Of a stretch of DNA of 33,076 nucleotides, positions 1 through 8,583 are shown piece after piece. Both the position numbers and the translations under genes were made by a program. The notes beneath the pieces were generated by a model. The model was not told the origin of the DNA. It did not search any database and saw nothing but the letters and a program-made list of their open reading frames with translations. This DNA comes from Nitrospinae bacterium RIFCSPLOWO2_12_FULL_45_22 (GTDB lineage: Bacteria > 2-12-FULL-45-22), in contig MHDQ01000189.1 of NCBI GenBank assembly GCA_001803565.1, forward strand, positions 1 through 33,076. The letters are read 5' to 3'. Position 1 is the stretch's first letter; each line of letters opens with the position of its first letter.

Positions 1-1310
1 AATTCATCGGCGTCGTCGAGCGATTCGTCCTTGAGCCACTTGAGGCTATCAATCTTGAACCCGCGCTCCTGCACCTCGCTCATGGGGAAGCAGCGCCAGC
101 GGTTTTCTTTGGAGTCATTTGGATCACGTCTGGCACGGCCGTTGGGATTGGAACCATAACATACTTCAAACTCCGCGAAATACTGCGGCGAAAGGGGGCG
201 ATCCTTTTTGGTGATCCGCGGGACATTGGTGCGGGCATCGTAGACCCAGACGTTCTCGGTGGGAAAGCCCTTGGTGAAAAAGATCACATTGGTCTTGGTG
301 CCCGGGCTGTAAGGGGTGAAGGTGCCGTTGGGGAGGCGGAGGACAGTGTGCAGGTCGCAATCTTCCGTGAGTATCTTAAACACCTCACCGGCCTGGTCGG
401 CAAAGAGGACATTATCGGGCACCACGATAGCCGCACGGCCCCCTAGCTTCAGAATACTCATCACGTGCTGGACAAAATTGAGCTGCTTATTGCTAGTGGC
501 GACGGTAAAATCATCGCGGGTGGGGGCCTGATTGGCCCCCTTGGTCCCGAAGGGAGGATTAGTCATCACACAGTCATAGCTACTTCCCCTTTTGGGTTCA
601 TAAATGGCGTCTCCTAAATGGATGTGGGCTTCGATGCCGTGGAGGTAGAGGTTCATCAAGGTCAGCCTCCTGGGCCGGGGGACAAGCTCGGTTCCAGAAT
701 AGGTAGCGGTTTGGATACGCTTGGATTCAGCACGTTCCAGGGCGCCTCTGGTTTTTTCCATCAGCCATTCATAGGAGCAGACTAAAAAACCGCCGGTTCC
801 GGCCGCTGGGTCATGGATAGTAAAATCTCCTGTCTTGCGGGGATCAGGCTGCATACATCGCACAAGGGATTGGATCAAGATACGGGGGGTGAAGTATTGC
901 CCGGCCCCTTTCTTTCCTTCCGAAGCCGATTTCTCCAGTAACCCCTCATAGGCAGCCGCTTTTACATCAATGTTGAGGTCGGTCCATTCAATCTCGTCAA
1001 TGAGATTGACCAGGCGTTTCAGGTTAACCGGGTTACTGAATCGCGACATGGCCCCTGCATAGATGTCCCCCAACATTCCTGGCTGGTTTCCCAGTCCCCG
1101 GAGGGTGGCCATGTAATGATCTGTCAGGTCACTGCCCGCCTTTTTCCTTAAAACAGACCAGGCATATTCTGGAGGTATTTCAACCCCTCGTTCTTCGATC
1201 ATCTTGAGAAACAGGAGATAGGTCAACTGCTCAATGTAATCGCCGTAGTCAATCCCATCATGCCGCAGGGTGTGGCAGAACCCCCAAAGTTTATTAACTA
1301 TATCGGTCAT
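1..1310 (-). CDS. hsdM: Type I restriction-modification methyltransferase subunit M (3' end runs off the window)
   Basis: Not in the ORF track because it has no stop in the window. Manual translation from ATG 1310 (SD AAGGAG) gives MTDIVNKLWGFCHTLRHDGIDYGDYIEQLTYLLFLKM...GAGQYFTPR...DPAAGTGGFL (motif I)...MTNPPFG (motif IV, N6-adenine MTase). Confidence 0.95.
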   Translation of the reverse strand, partial: MTDIVNKLWGFCHTLRHDGIDYGDYIEQLTYLLFLKMIEERGVEIPPEYAWSVLRKKAGSDLTDHYMATLRGLGNQPGMLGDIYAGAMSRFSNPVNLKRLVNLIDEIEWTDLNIDVKAAAYEGLLEKSASEGKKGAGQYFTPRILIQSLVRCMQPDPRKTGDFTIHDPAAGTGGFLVCSYEWLMEKTRGALERAESKRIQTATYSGTELVPRPRRLTLMNLYLHGIEAHIHLGDAIYEPKRGSSYDCVMTNPPFGTKGANQAPTRDDFTVATSNKQLNFVQHVMSILKLGGRAAIVVPDNVLFADQAGEVFKILTEDCDLHTVLRLPNGTFTPYSPGTKTNVIFFTKGFPTENVWVYDARTNVPRITKKDRPLSPQYFAEFEVCYGSNPNGRARRDPNDSKENRWRCFPMSEVQERGFKIDSLKWLKDESLDDADE

Positions 1311-1338
1311 GGATCTCCTTTCATCCTGCGCAATGAAG

Positions 1339-1713
1339 TTATTTTCTTTTTGGTTTGGGCAGGTCTTTTCTTTTGACCCTGTAAATGGGTCTACCTTCAG
1401 CCACAACGGCCTGTTTCCGATGTTCTTTGTGTTGAATTTTTACATGAACGGTTGCCCCAAGAACTTCAGCAACCCGGCGTAACATGTTTAAGGAATGGCC
1501 TTCATAAGAGGGTGACTCAAGACGGCTGATTTGTTGCTGAGATGTCCCCACCCGTTTCGCTAGCTCTTTCTGAGATAACCCAGACTCTTTGCGCAGAGAA
1601 GCCAATTGGACGGCCACATCCCAGGCTTCGCCAGCATTTTTGAATCGCTCCGCAAAATCCGCATCTTTCAATTGTTCTTCAAGGTATAGATCAAAATTTG
1701 TTTGTCTTCTCAT
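1339..1713 (-). CDS. higA: XRE/Cro-family HTH antitoxin (HigA-like)
   Basis: LRKESGLSQKELAKRVGTSQQQISRLE HTH. Likely start is ATG 1713 (SD GAGGA), overlapping the toxin stop as ATGA; the ORF track starts at 1734. Confidence 0.85.
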   Translation of the reverse strand: MRRQTNFDLYLEEQLKDADFAERFKNAGEAWDVAVQLASLRKESGLSQKELAKRVGTSQQQISRLESPSYEGHSLNMLRRVAEVLGATVHVKIQHKEHRKQAVVAEGRPIYRVKRKDLPKPKRK

Positions 1714-2063
1714 AATGGATTCCTCGACACCCAATCCTCTTTTCTTTCCAAAGCAACGCTACGATCTCGCTTAGAAATCTCTTTTGCCTTATTTCGGATT
1801 CCGTGCACCGCAATAATTCTTTGCCCTTTAGCAAAAAAGTAGAGCACTCTTGTATTGAGCTTGCCCACATGTCGGAGCTCGAAAAGATCATCCCGGATAG
1901 GTTTTGATAGAGGTAGCCTATGATACTGCCTGTTTCGCAACTTAGCGAGCCCCGCCATAACCGCTGCAAAATCGTCTGGATTATCTTCTTTGAGGGCGTC
2001 CAGAAATTCGCGTACCGGGCATCGCCCTGAACAGGTTTCATAAAATTCTATAATAAATTCCAT
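1710..2063 (-). CDS. higB: RelE/ParE-superfamily toxin (Gp49/DUF891, HigB-like)
   Basis: 117 aa, IEFYET..GRCPVREFLDAL...KPIRDDLFELR...RVLYFF...IIAVHG, lying upstream of an HTH gene (toxin-first order). Confidence 0.85.
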   Translation of the reverse strand: MEFIIEFYETCSGRCPVREFLDALKEDNPDDFAAVMAGLAKLRNRQYHRLPLSKPIRDDLFELRHVGKLNTRVLYFFAKGQRIIAVHGIRNKAKEISKRDRSVALERKEDWVSRNPL

Positions 2064-2072
2064 GAATAATCA

Positions 2073-2097
2073 ACATCAAATATGATGTATTATAGCA
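2073..2097 (-). promoter_or_regulatory. Putative toxin-antitoxin promoter (extended -10) with overlapping palindromic operator
   Basis: Minus strand reads TGcTATAAT running into ACATCA-tatt-TGATGT (inverted repeat, 2073-2088), which ends 9 nt before the toxin ATG. Confidence 0.6.
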
Positions 2098-2109
2098 AGC
2101 AGTTAAATG

Positions 2110-2136
2110 AAATTGCTTCACTTCGCTCGCAATGGC
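2110..2136. repeat. Single arm of a GTCATTGCGAG-type palindromic element
   Basis: Minus strand GCCATTGCGAGCGAAGTGAAGCAATTT resembles a widespread intergenic palindromic repeat as I recall it. Only one arm is present. Confidence 0.4.
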
Positions 2137-2192
2137 AGTTTATGGAATCTCAACTTATTTAGAATACCCACAATAATTCCCTATCTCTCTTT

Positions 2193-4880
2193 TCAGGCCG
2201 CAATGGCCTGGTTGATTTCGTGAATGATAGTTTCCAATTTGCCATCAAAGACCCTGTTTAGTTTCCCCCACGATGCCCCTTCCCGGGTAAAAATGGGCAG
2301 AGAATCGAAATCCTCCTTTTCCAGCAATAGGTTTTCGATAAGGTGCCTTCTGATCAGGACCAGCCAATTCTCCTGGTCTTCTGTAAAAGAGCGACCGGAT
2401 TTGATCTTCATCAGGGCTTTATCAACCCTTCGTTCTGCGGTGAGCAATTCTCCACCCTTGGCTGCATGGCGGATCATGGAAATGATATCTGCCAGTTCCT
2501 TGTTATAGGCCCGCCGGAGATTTTTTTCAGTAAATTTATCCACTAGAGAGTCCGGTTGTGTACTCAGCGTATCCCGCAAGGCCTTCAACTGCCTGGTATT
2601 AAACTCTTGGGGCCGATTCAGGAGTATTTCCAGGGCCTCAATATGCCGGGGATTTTCCCTTACGAATTTTTCAAATTCCTGCAAGTAGTCCTGAGGCCTG
2701 AGCTCCCTGCCATCCTTGGCCCGAAAAATAATTCTTGAGTTGACATAATCTTCAGCCGTATCAGTCCTGATAAACTTTCTTTCAGGGCGCGGGTAATTTT
2801 CACACAGATCGAGAAAGTCTTCACTCTGCATAGTCTTGATGGTCTGCTCCCACTCTTGCTCAAGCCTATGGTGCAAGGTTTGGGCAAATTCGGCTATATC
2901 GCTATCCAGTATATAATCGAATTGGAGCCTCCCTGCCTGAGTGACATTTTTGGATATCCGGTGGAGCCTCTTGGATAGGACCCGAATATTATATTCCCGA
3001 TCCTCGTTATCGGCGATGGCCTGGATGATTTCCCTAATAGATCTGGTTGACTTTACCGGGGCTTCAGCCGTAATACCGGTTGTCTTTCTGAAGTATTCCA
3101 GGAGGGTGCCGTTGAAGCAATCAAAGACCGTAAAATGGGTTTTGTGGATTTCGTCACAGCGCCGGGTGCCCCGTCCCATCATCTGTTCAAATAGGATTCT
3201 TGATTTCACAGGGCGCAAGAACACAATATTCTCTATTCTGGGCACATCTACACCCGTAGAGAGCATATCCACAGTAAGGACAATACCAGGATTTTGACGG
3301 TTTCTGAACTCACGGATCTTCTGCAAAGGTCTGTCCACTGACGGGCTGCCGGTTATTTTCTGGACAAAATCATCCCCTCGTGCGAATTCATCCCTCAAGA
3401 TTTCAATTAACTGATCGCAGTGGGATATATGGGGAAGATCGTTCTGGGCAAAGATCAAGGTCTTTGGAAAATGGCCCAGTTGTTCTTCCTGTTCTAAGAA
3501 GTACTTCTTGATTTCCTGGATAATCTTTCTGTTTCTGTCCGGCGCGGTCCAGTCAATCTCCGTGGTCGGGGCCGGGAGTTCCCTTTCATCTTCCAGGAAC
3601 TCAAAGACAAGCTGGCCGGTGTGGGTATTTACCAGACCGACCTCTTCCCCCTCTTTGAGAAAAACCCCTCGAAGAGTAATATCCGACTGAATGGCGATGG
3701 CATCATAGTCTACCAGATAGCCTTCCCGAACAGCCCGTTCATAATCATAGCGGTAGACAATTTGCTTGAAAAAGGCAGTGGTGTGGGCCGCAGGTGTGGC
3801 TGTCAGGCCGATTTTTATACTGTCAAAATGCATCAGAACCTCGCGCCATTTGCTTTCTTCCTGGGCAGTATATCCCCGGTGACACTCATCGGCAATGATG
3901 ACATCGAAGGCATGAATGGGGATATCCAGTTTTGAGGCATCAGAATCATCATCCTGATCTCCTGATGAGGGATAAAACATGCCCTCATAGCCAAACAGAT
4001 TAATCCGCATGCGCTGGATGGTCGAGATATAGACAAAACTATCCCTGCTGCTAGGATTGGTCAGGTACTCGGTTGGGAGAAGTTTAGGATCAAATTTCAT
4101 ATCTTCATCGAGGTCCTCTCTCCGGAACCTTTGGCTGTAAACTTCATAACATTGATCAAACTTCAGGCCCGGTTCGGCCTCAAAACTGGCCATTGCGGTA
4201 ACAGCCTGGGCGGCCAGGGCCCGTCGGTCTACCAAGAACAAGATGCGTCTGGCGTAGCCGGACTTCATCAGACGATAGATCAAATTGACCATGGTGAAGG
4301 TCTTGCCTGTTCCTGTAGCCATGGCTACCAGCATATGCCGCCTGCGATCCATGACGGCTTGTTCTATTGCTCTTATGGCTTCAATTTGAAAAGGCCACAA
4401 GTACTTATTTCCTATCTCATTTTCTCTGAGCCACTTCCGGGACGCTGCATCATTTTTATTCAACATTTCCATTAATGCCTGGGGGGTGTGAAATGCGGCA
4501 ACTTCTCTGGAAAGGTTGAGGGGGTCCCTTAGGTCTTGAAACCAGATTATTCTTCCATTGGTTGAATAGACAAAAGGAAGATGGTATTCGCCAAATGAGT
4601 AGGCGCCCCCCGGAAAACCCCGGGCGTATCGTTTTGCCTGCTGAAGAACATTTTGCGGGCCGATCTGTATTTTCTTACCCTCAACACAGGCCAATGCTAT
4701 CCCTTTATAAAACAGCACATAATCAGCCGGGCCTGTGGCTGTGGGGTATTCTTCAACCGAGCAGTGGTCATACGGGATGCCTGGTTGAAAGGGGATAATG
4801 GGACCCCACCTGGCCTGTTTAAGGGCCTTGTCTATAAACGCCTGCCTGGTTTTTGCCTCATTGATGTAAGTATCGTCCAT
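2193..4880 (-). CDS. hsdR: Type I restriction endonuclease subunit R (EcoKI/EcoEI-like)
   Basis: N-terminal PADY...EGKK nuclease motif; MATGTGKT, DECHRGY, GLTATP and QMMGRGTR helicase motifs; EcoEI_R_C-like tail. Confidence 0.95.
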   Translation of the reverse strand: MDDTYINEAKTRQAFIDKALKQARWGPIIPFQPGIPYDHCSVEEYPTATGPADYVLFYKGIALACVEGKKIQIGPQNVLQQAKRYARGFPGGAYSFGEYHLPFVYSTNGRIIWFQDLRDPLNLSREVAAFHTPQALMEMLNKNDAASRKWLRENEIGNKYLWPFQIEAIRAIEQAVMDRRRHMLVAMATGTGKTFTMVNLIYRLMKSGYARRILFLVDRRALAAQAVTAMASFEAEPGLKFDQCYEVYSQRFRREDLDEDMKFDPKLLPTEYLTNPSSRDSFVYISTIQRMRINLFGYEGMFYPSSGDQDDDSDASKLDIPIHAFDVIIADECHRGYTAQEESKWREVLMHFDSIKIGLTATPAAHTTAFFKQIVYRYDYERAVREGYLVDYDAIAIQSDITLRGVFLKEGEEVGLVNTHTGQLVFEFLEDERELPAPTTEIDWTAPDRNRKIIQEIKKYFLEQEEQLGHFPKTLIFAQNDLPHISHCDQLIEILRDEFARGDDFVQKITGSPSVDRPLQKIREFRNRQNPGIVLTVDMLSTGVDVPRIENIVFLRPVKSRILFEQMMGRGTRRCDEIHKTHFTVFDCFNGTLLEYFRKTTGITAEAPVKSTRSIREIIQAIADNEDREYNIRVLSKRLHRISKNVTQAGRLQFDYILDSDIAEFAQTLHHRLEQEWEQTIKTMQSEDFLDLCENYPRPERKFIRTDTAEDYVNSRIIFRAKDGRELRPQDYLQEFEKFVRENPRHIEALEILLNRPQEFNTRQLKALRDTLSTQPDSLVDKFTEKNLRRAYNKELADIISMIRHAAKGGELLTAERRVDKALMKIKSGRSFTEDQENWLVLIRRHLIENLLLEKEDFDSLPIFTREGASWGKLNRVFDGKLETIIHEINQAIAA

Positions 4881-4903
4881 GACTAATGACCCGTATTGAG
4901 GGA

Positions 4904-5878
4904 TTACAATATCTTTTCCTCAACCATGCTCAATGCCTTGTCTTTGGATAAGATAATGTGGTCAAGAATTCGAAGGCCGAGCGTTTCGGCAGCCTTTTTA
5001 ATTTCTTTGGTTATTATTTTATCATCCTGGCTGGGCGTAGGGTCTCCACTGGTATGATTGTGCACTAGAATAAGTGCCGAGGCCGATTCTCGAATAGCCG
5101 GCTTTAAGACTTCACGAGGATGGGCCAGACTTTCATTTAAAAGTCCGACAGTAATCTGTTCTGGCTTTATGACATTGTGCTTTTCATCCAGCAGGACCAC
5201 ATGAAATTCCTCTTGCTTGGCTTCTCGTGCCAATCTCATAAAATGTTCTTGGCAGTAGCTAAGGGCATCAGCGGTGTTACGGATTTTATGCCTTAGCGCT
5301 GATTTAGCCTCCCGCTGATTTACCAATCTCTTACCCAATTCAAGGGCAGCCATGATTTGACAATAGGCCGTCTCTCCTATAGGCCGGCTGATCTGTTTAA
5401 GTTCCCCTCTTGCTTGTAGGGACAGCTTTTCCAGGTCGTTTCCAAAAAATGCCGCCAGTTTTTCACCGGCCTGCAGGGCAGATTCACCCTGAAGGCCAGA
5501 ACGGATCAGAATAGCTAAGAGCTCTGAAATCTTAAGCCCTGATGGGCCTAATCGGAGTAAGCGTTCTCTGGGGCGATCCATAGAAGGGGAACGCTTAACC
5601 GTGGCAGTGAAAACCCGTTGATCTATCCACCGTCCTGCTTTGAACCCGTCTCTTTTTGCTGACCAGGAATATTGGGGTTTCGTCTTTAGCCCTACGCTGG
5701 TTAAATAACCATCTTGCACCAATTCGCCGATTACCCGGCCTATAAAAACGGCCTTTTCAGCCTTCAAGGCTTCACAAATATCAGCCTTATAAAAGCAATC
5801 CTTCGCCAATAGAACGCTAATCACTGCTTGATATCTGGTAAAACGTTCTGCATCCGTTTGGGTCTTCAATTTTGGCAT
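4904..5878 (-). CDS. radC: RadC-family JAB/MPN protein with about 90 aa N-terminal winged-helix-like extension
   Basis: PRERLL..G...L...ELLAILIRSG start of RadC; QEEF, AHPREV, HNHTSGDPTPSQDD and LDHII JAB motifs. Confidence 0.9.
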   Translation of the reverse strand: MPKLKTQTDAERFTRYQAVISVLLAKDCFYKADICEALKAEKAVFIGRVIGELVQDGYLTSVGLKTKPQYSWSAKRDGFKAGRWIDQRVFTATVKRSPSMDRPRERLLRLGPSGLKISELLAILIRSGLQGESALQAGEKLAAFFGNDLEKLSLQARGELKQISRPIGETAYCQIMAALELGKRLVNQREAKSALRHKIRNTADALSYCQEHFMRLAREAKQEEFHVVLLDEKHNVIKPEQITVGLLNESLAHPREVLKPAIRESASALILVHNHTSGDPTPSQDDKIITKEIKKAAETLGLRILDHIILSKDKALSMVEEKIL

Positions 5879-5893
5879 TTTTGGGGGTTGCTT

Positions 5894-6769
5894 TCAGAGA
5901 AATATTATATTGATTGCGGTGCCGGTGCCTAACCCTAATTGTTGGTGGGCATTACCTTGATTGATATAGACCTCCAGGTAACCCCAACTATTAAATATCG
6001 CCCCTGCCTCTTTCTCCCTGGCCTCGCCGTAATAACGATTAATCCCTTTTATAACCTTTGGGCCGAGAGAGATTTGACAGCCTCTCCCTTTATTCTTATC
6101 CTGCAATGACTGAAAAAGGGGATGGTCTATATTGGACATGAGATTACCGAAGCTATCTATATATATTATCTTTCCTCTAAGATGGGTATCGCTTAGGATT
6201 TGGGCCTCTGGTAAGAGTAGGGAGTTATAGTCGTAGATGATGGGGCCAAAACATTCTGGCTTTTCCCCCCGCGCAAGCCATGCGGCTACCGGGGCAAAGA
6301 TATCCCGGCCATGAAAGGTACTGCTAACTCGCTTTTTTGCTGGGTCAGGAGACCCGGCGCTATCCCCGGGAGACCCGGCACTATCCTCCAGGGTCAGGAA
6401 AAATTCTCTTGCTGTTATCTCCCTTACGGCCTTTAGTTCTTTGTCCTGATAGACTAAAGATAAGACACCATTGTCCGGGGCAACAAAACAGTATTTTGCG
6501 GTCTCAGCCAAGATGGGCCGTCTGGGACCGCCTACCCCGGGATCAATTACCGCCAGATGGACAGTGCCTACAGGGAAAAAATGATGGGAGGCCTTGAGGG
6601 TCAAGGCTGCTTCTAAGATATGGTATGGTTCGATCTGGTGGGTTATATCTATCAGTATTGCATCGGGGCAAATGCTTAAGATAACCCCTTTCATAGTACC
6701 AACAAAGGGGTCTTTAGTGCCAAAGTCGGTCGTAAGAGTAATTATCTTTTTTACTGACCCGGTATCCAT
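5894..6769 (-). CDS. SAM hydroxide adenosyltransferase / SAM-dependent halogenase family (DUF62)
   Basis: IITLTTDFG..D.FVG.MKGVI, VIDPGVG, APDNG, STFHGRDIFAPVAA and IDSFGN motifs. Confidence 0.92.
   Translation of the reverse strand: MDTGSVKKIITLTTDFGTKDPFVGTMKGVILSICPDAILIDITHQIEPYHILEAALTLKASHHFFPVGTVHLAVIDPGVGGPRRPILAETAKYCFVAPDNGVLSLVYQDKELKAVREITAREFFLTLEDSAGSPGDSAGSPDPAKKRVSSTFHGRDIFAPVAAWLARGEKPECFGPIIYDYNSLLLPEAQILSDTHLRGKIIYIDSFGNLMSNIDHPLFQSLQDKNKGRGCQISLGPKVIKGINRYYGEAREKEAGAIFNSWGYLEVYINQGNAHQQLGLGTGTAINIIFL
6339..6386. repeat. 21-bp tandem duplication / GATAG-type REP-like hairpin in frame inside the DUF62 gene
   Basis: GGAGACCCGGCGCTATCC (6348) and GGAGACCCGGCACTATCC (6369) encode DSAGSPG-DSAGSPD. 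Minus strand GATAGCGCCGGGT-CTCCTG-ACCCAGC folds into a hairpin. Confidence 0.65.
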
Positions 6770-6810
6770 TAGCTATATTAGCTATAAACCTTCTCTGCCC
6801 TAATGGCTAA

Positions 6811-6832
6811 GCAGAGCAAGCTCTGCCACTAC
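6811..6832. repeat. GTAG-type REP-like hairpin
   Basis: GCAGAGC-AA-GCTCTGC-CACTAC, identical to 10712-10733. Confidence 0.8.
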
Positions 6833-6839
6833 AGCTATA

Positions 6840-8177
6840 TTATGGTGCCCATTCTCCATAGACCTTGTCCGCCGTAATAGCAGTGATTTGGACTGGGCAA
6901 TAATTATTCATTGCAGCACCCAAAGGGTACCCGGCTCTATCACTACACTGTTTATCGGGGAGCAATACCTTAATATAGTTGTCTGTTATGCCTTTAAGGA
7001 GTCCGGTCTCTTTGTCCCGGGTGTTTTCTACCAATACTTCTACAGTCTTACCCAGGAAACCTTTTTTGAAGGCCAGGTTTTTTTGTCTCCCCAGTTGCCG
7101 GAGTTCCAGGCTCCGCTCCCTTTTTATCTCCGCAGGTACTTGCTGCGGGAAGGAGGCAGCAGGTGTCCCCTTTCTTTTCGAATAGCTGAAGACATGCAGA
7201 TAGGTTATTGGCAGCTCCTGGATGAACTGATAGGCATTCCTGAAATGCTGCTCTTCTTCTCCGGGAAACCCTACGATGACATCCGCACCAATAGCCAGGT
7301 CCGGCATCAGGGATTTTAATCTGGTAACTAGATCATAATAATAAGAAGGGTCATAGTCCCTATTCATTCGCCGCAGAATATCAGGGTCACCGCTCTGCAG
7401 AGGGATATGGAGATGGTGACATACCTTGGGGTTATCCGCTATCTCTTCGATCAGTTCCGGGGTGAATTCCCTCGGTTCGACAGAGCTAAGGCGTACCTTT
7501 CTGAGGTCTGAGATATCCCTCAACCTTTTCAGGAGCCCGGCCAGGCTAATTTCACGGCCAAGGTCCAGCCCATACGTACCTAAATGTATACCGGTCAAGA
7601 CAACCTCTTTATGGCCCGCTGCGACCAGTTGCGAAATCTGACTGATAATTATCTCTGGGTTCTCGCTCCGGTTAATACCCCTGGCCCCTCTCACGGCACA
7701 ATATGAGCATGAGGCATTACATCCATCCTGGATCTTGACAAAGGCCCGGGTATAACCTGGGAAGGCTTTTAGGGAATAAGTAGTGAAAGAAGTCTTAGAA
7801 GCTAGATCACTGGTCAATATGGCGGGTGAGGACAATTTTTTGGGTTCAATAAAATATTTACTGAAGAAAAATTTTTCATCATTGCCCAGGATCAGGTCAA
7901 CCCCTTTAATCCGGGCGATTTCTTGCGGGTTAAGTTGAGCATAGCAACCAGTAACAACAACAAAAGAAGCAGGATTTGTCCGGAGGGCTTTTCTGATAGC
8001 CTGGCGGGAGCGATAGTCACTCTTACCCGTCACGGTGCAGGTATTAACCACATAGATATCGGCCGGGCTGGGGAAGGGGACTATTTGATAGCCTCTCTCT
8101 TCAAAAAAACCTCTTATCCCCATGGTCTCAAATTGATTCAATTTACAACCTATAGTGCTAAAGGCTACTCTGAGCAT
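6840..8177 (-). CDS. mtaB: tRNA (t6A37) methylthiotransferase MtaB (radical SAM)
   Basis: TIGCKLNQFE, NTCTVT and TGCYAQ (UPF0004 domain); VKIQDGCNASCSYC (CxxxCxxC); LTGIHLG; DVIVGFPGE; TDNYIKV. Confidence 0.93.
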   Translation of the reverse strand: MLRVAFSTIGCKLNQFETMGIRGFFEERGYQIVPFPSPADIYVVNTCTVTGKSDYRSRQAIRKALRTNPASFVVVTGCYAQLNPQEIARIKGVDLILGNDEKFFFSKYFIEPKKLSSPAILTSDLASKTSFTTYSLKAFPGYTRAFVKIQDGCNASCSYCAVRGARGINRSENPEIIISQISQLVAAGHKEVVLTGIHLGTYGLDLGREISLAGLLKRLRDISDLRKVRLSSVEPREFTPELIEEIADNPKVCHHLHIPLQSGDPDILRRMNRDYDPSYYYDLVTRLKSLMPDLAIGADVIVGFPGEEEQHFRNAYQFIQELPITYLHVFSYSKRKGTPAASFPQQVPAEIKRERSLELRQLGRQKNLAFKKGFLGKTVEVLVENTRDKETGLLKGITDNYIKVLLPDKQCSDRAGYPLGAAMNNYCPVQITAITADKVYGEWAP

Positions 8178-8184
8178 ACGATTA

Positions 8185-8214
8185 AATATAACAGAGAAGA
8201 GGGAAAGAGAGCAA
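8185..8214 (-). promoter_or_regulatory. Putative sigma70 promoter giving a leaderless mtaB mRNA
   Basis: TTGCTC-18 nt-TATATT with TG extension. The -10 ends 7 nt before the ATG and there is no SD. Confidence 0.5.
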
Positions 8215-8248
8215 GGGAGAGTTACCTTTTTTGCTTCCGCTTAGGAAA

Positions 8249-8275
8249 TTGACAGCCAATGTCAATATTTTGACA
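8249..8275. promoter_or_regulatory. Candidate enhancer (UAS) for a sigma54 activator: three alternating TTGACA/TGTCAA half-sites
   Basis: TTGACA-gccaa-TGTCAA-tatt-TTGACA, upstream of the sigma54 promoter. Confidence 0.5.
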
Positions 8276-8294
8276 AATGGGAACCCGCTACATT

Positions 8295-8521
8295 TTTAGC
8301 CACAGAGGCCCAGAGAACACAGAGAATAAGACTTTGCCAGCATTCAGGCCCGGAAAGTGCAAGCAAAGCGGGTAATTATCTAGCCGCAGATTTACATAGA
8401 TGAGCACAGAAAGGTTTACAGACAATGAGATCAGAGATACACCGCTGGAATCGTAGAGGTAGCAGAGATGAATAAAGGGGAGAGACTGATTCGCTGTGTT
8501 CTCTGGGTATCTGTGGCTAAA
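8295..8521. repeat. Inverted-repeat element with 9-nt periodic arms
   Basis: TTAGCCACAGAGGCCCAGAGAACACAG (8296) pairs with CTGTGTTCTCTGGGTATCTGTGGCTAA (8494-8520), 2 mismatches in 27. Confidence 0.8.
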
Positions 8522-8532
8522 TATTACTATTT

Positions 8533-8547
8533 TGGCACATAAATTGC
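8533..8547 (+). promoter_or_regulatory. Sigma54 (RpoN) -24/-12 promoter
   Basis: TGGCAC-ATAAA-TTGC matches the consensus with GG-N10-GC spacing, 36 nt upstream of the first plus-strand gene. Confidence 0.85.
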
Positions 8548-8583
8548 TCCTTCTCCGTCATGTTTAGATAAAGGAATAGGGCT

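Noticed and set aside
166-531. Short ORFs 166-360 and 316-531
   Set aside because: They are off-frame or antisense shadows of hsdM.
1691-2041. 116-aa alternative-frame ORF overlapping the toxin
   Set aside because: It is a shadow frame of the RelE-like gene, which carries the family motifs.
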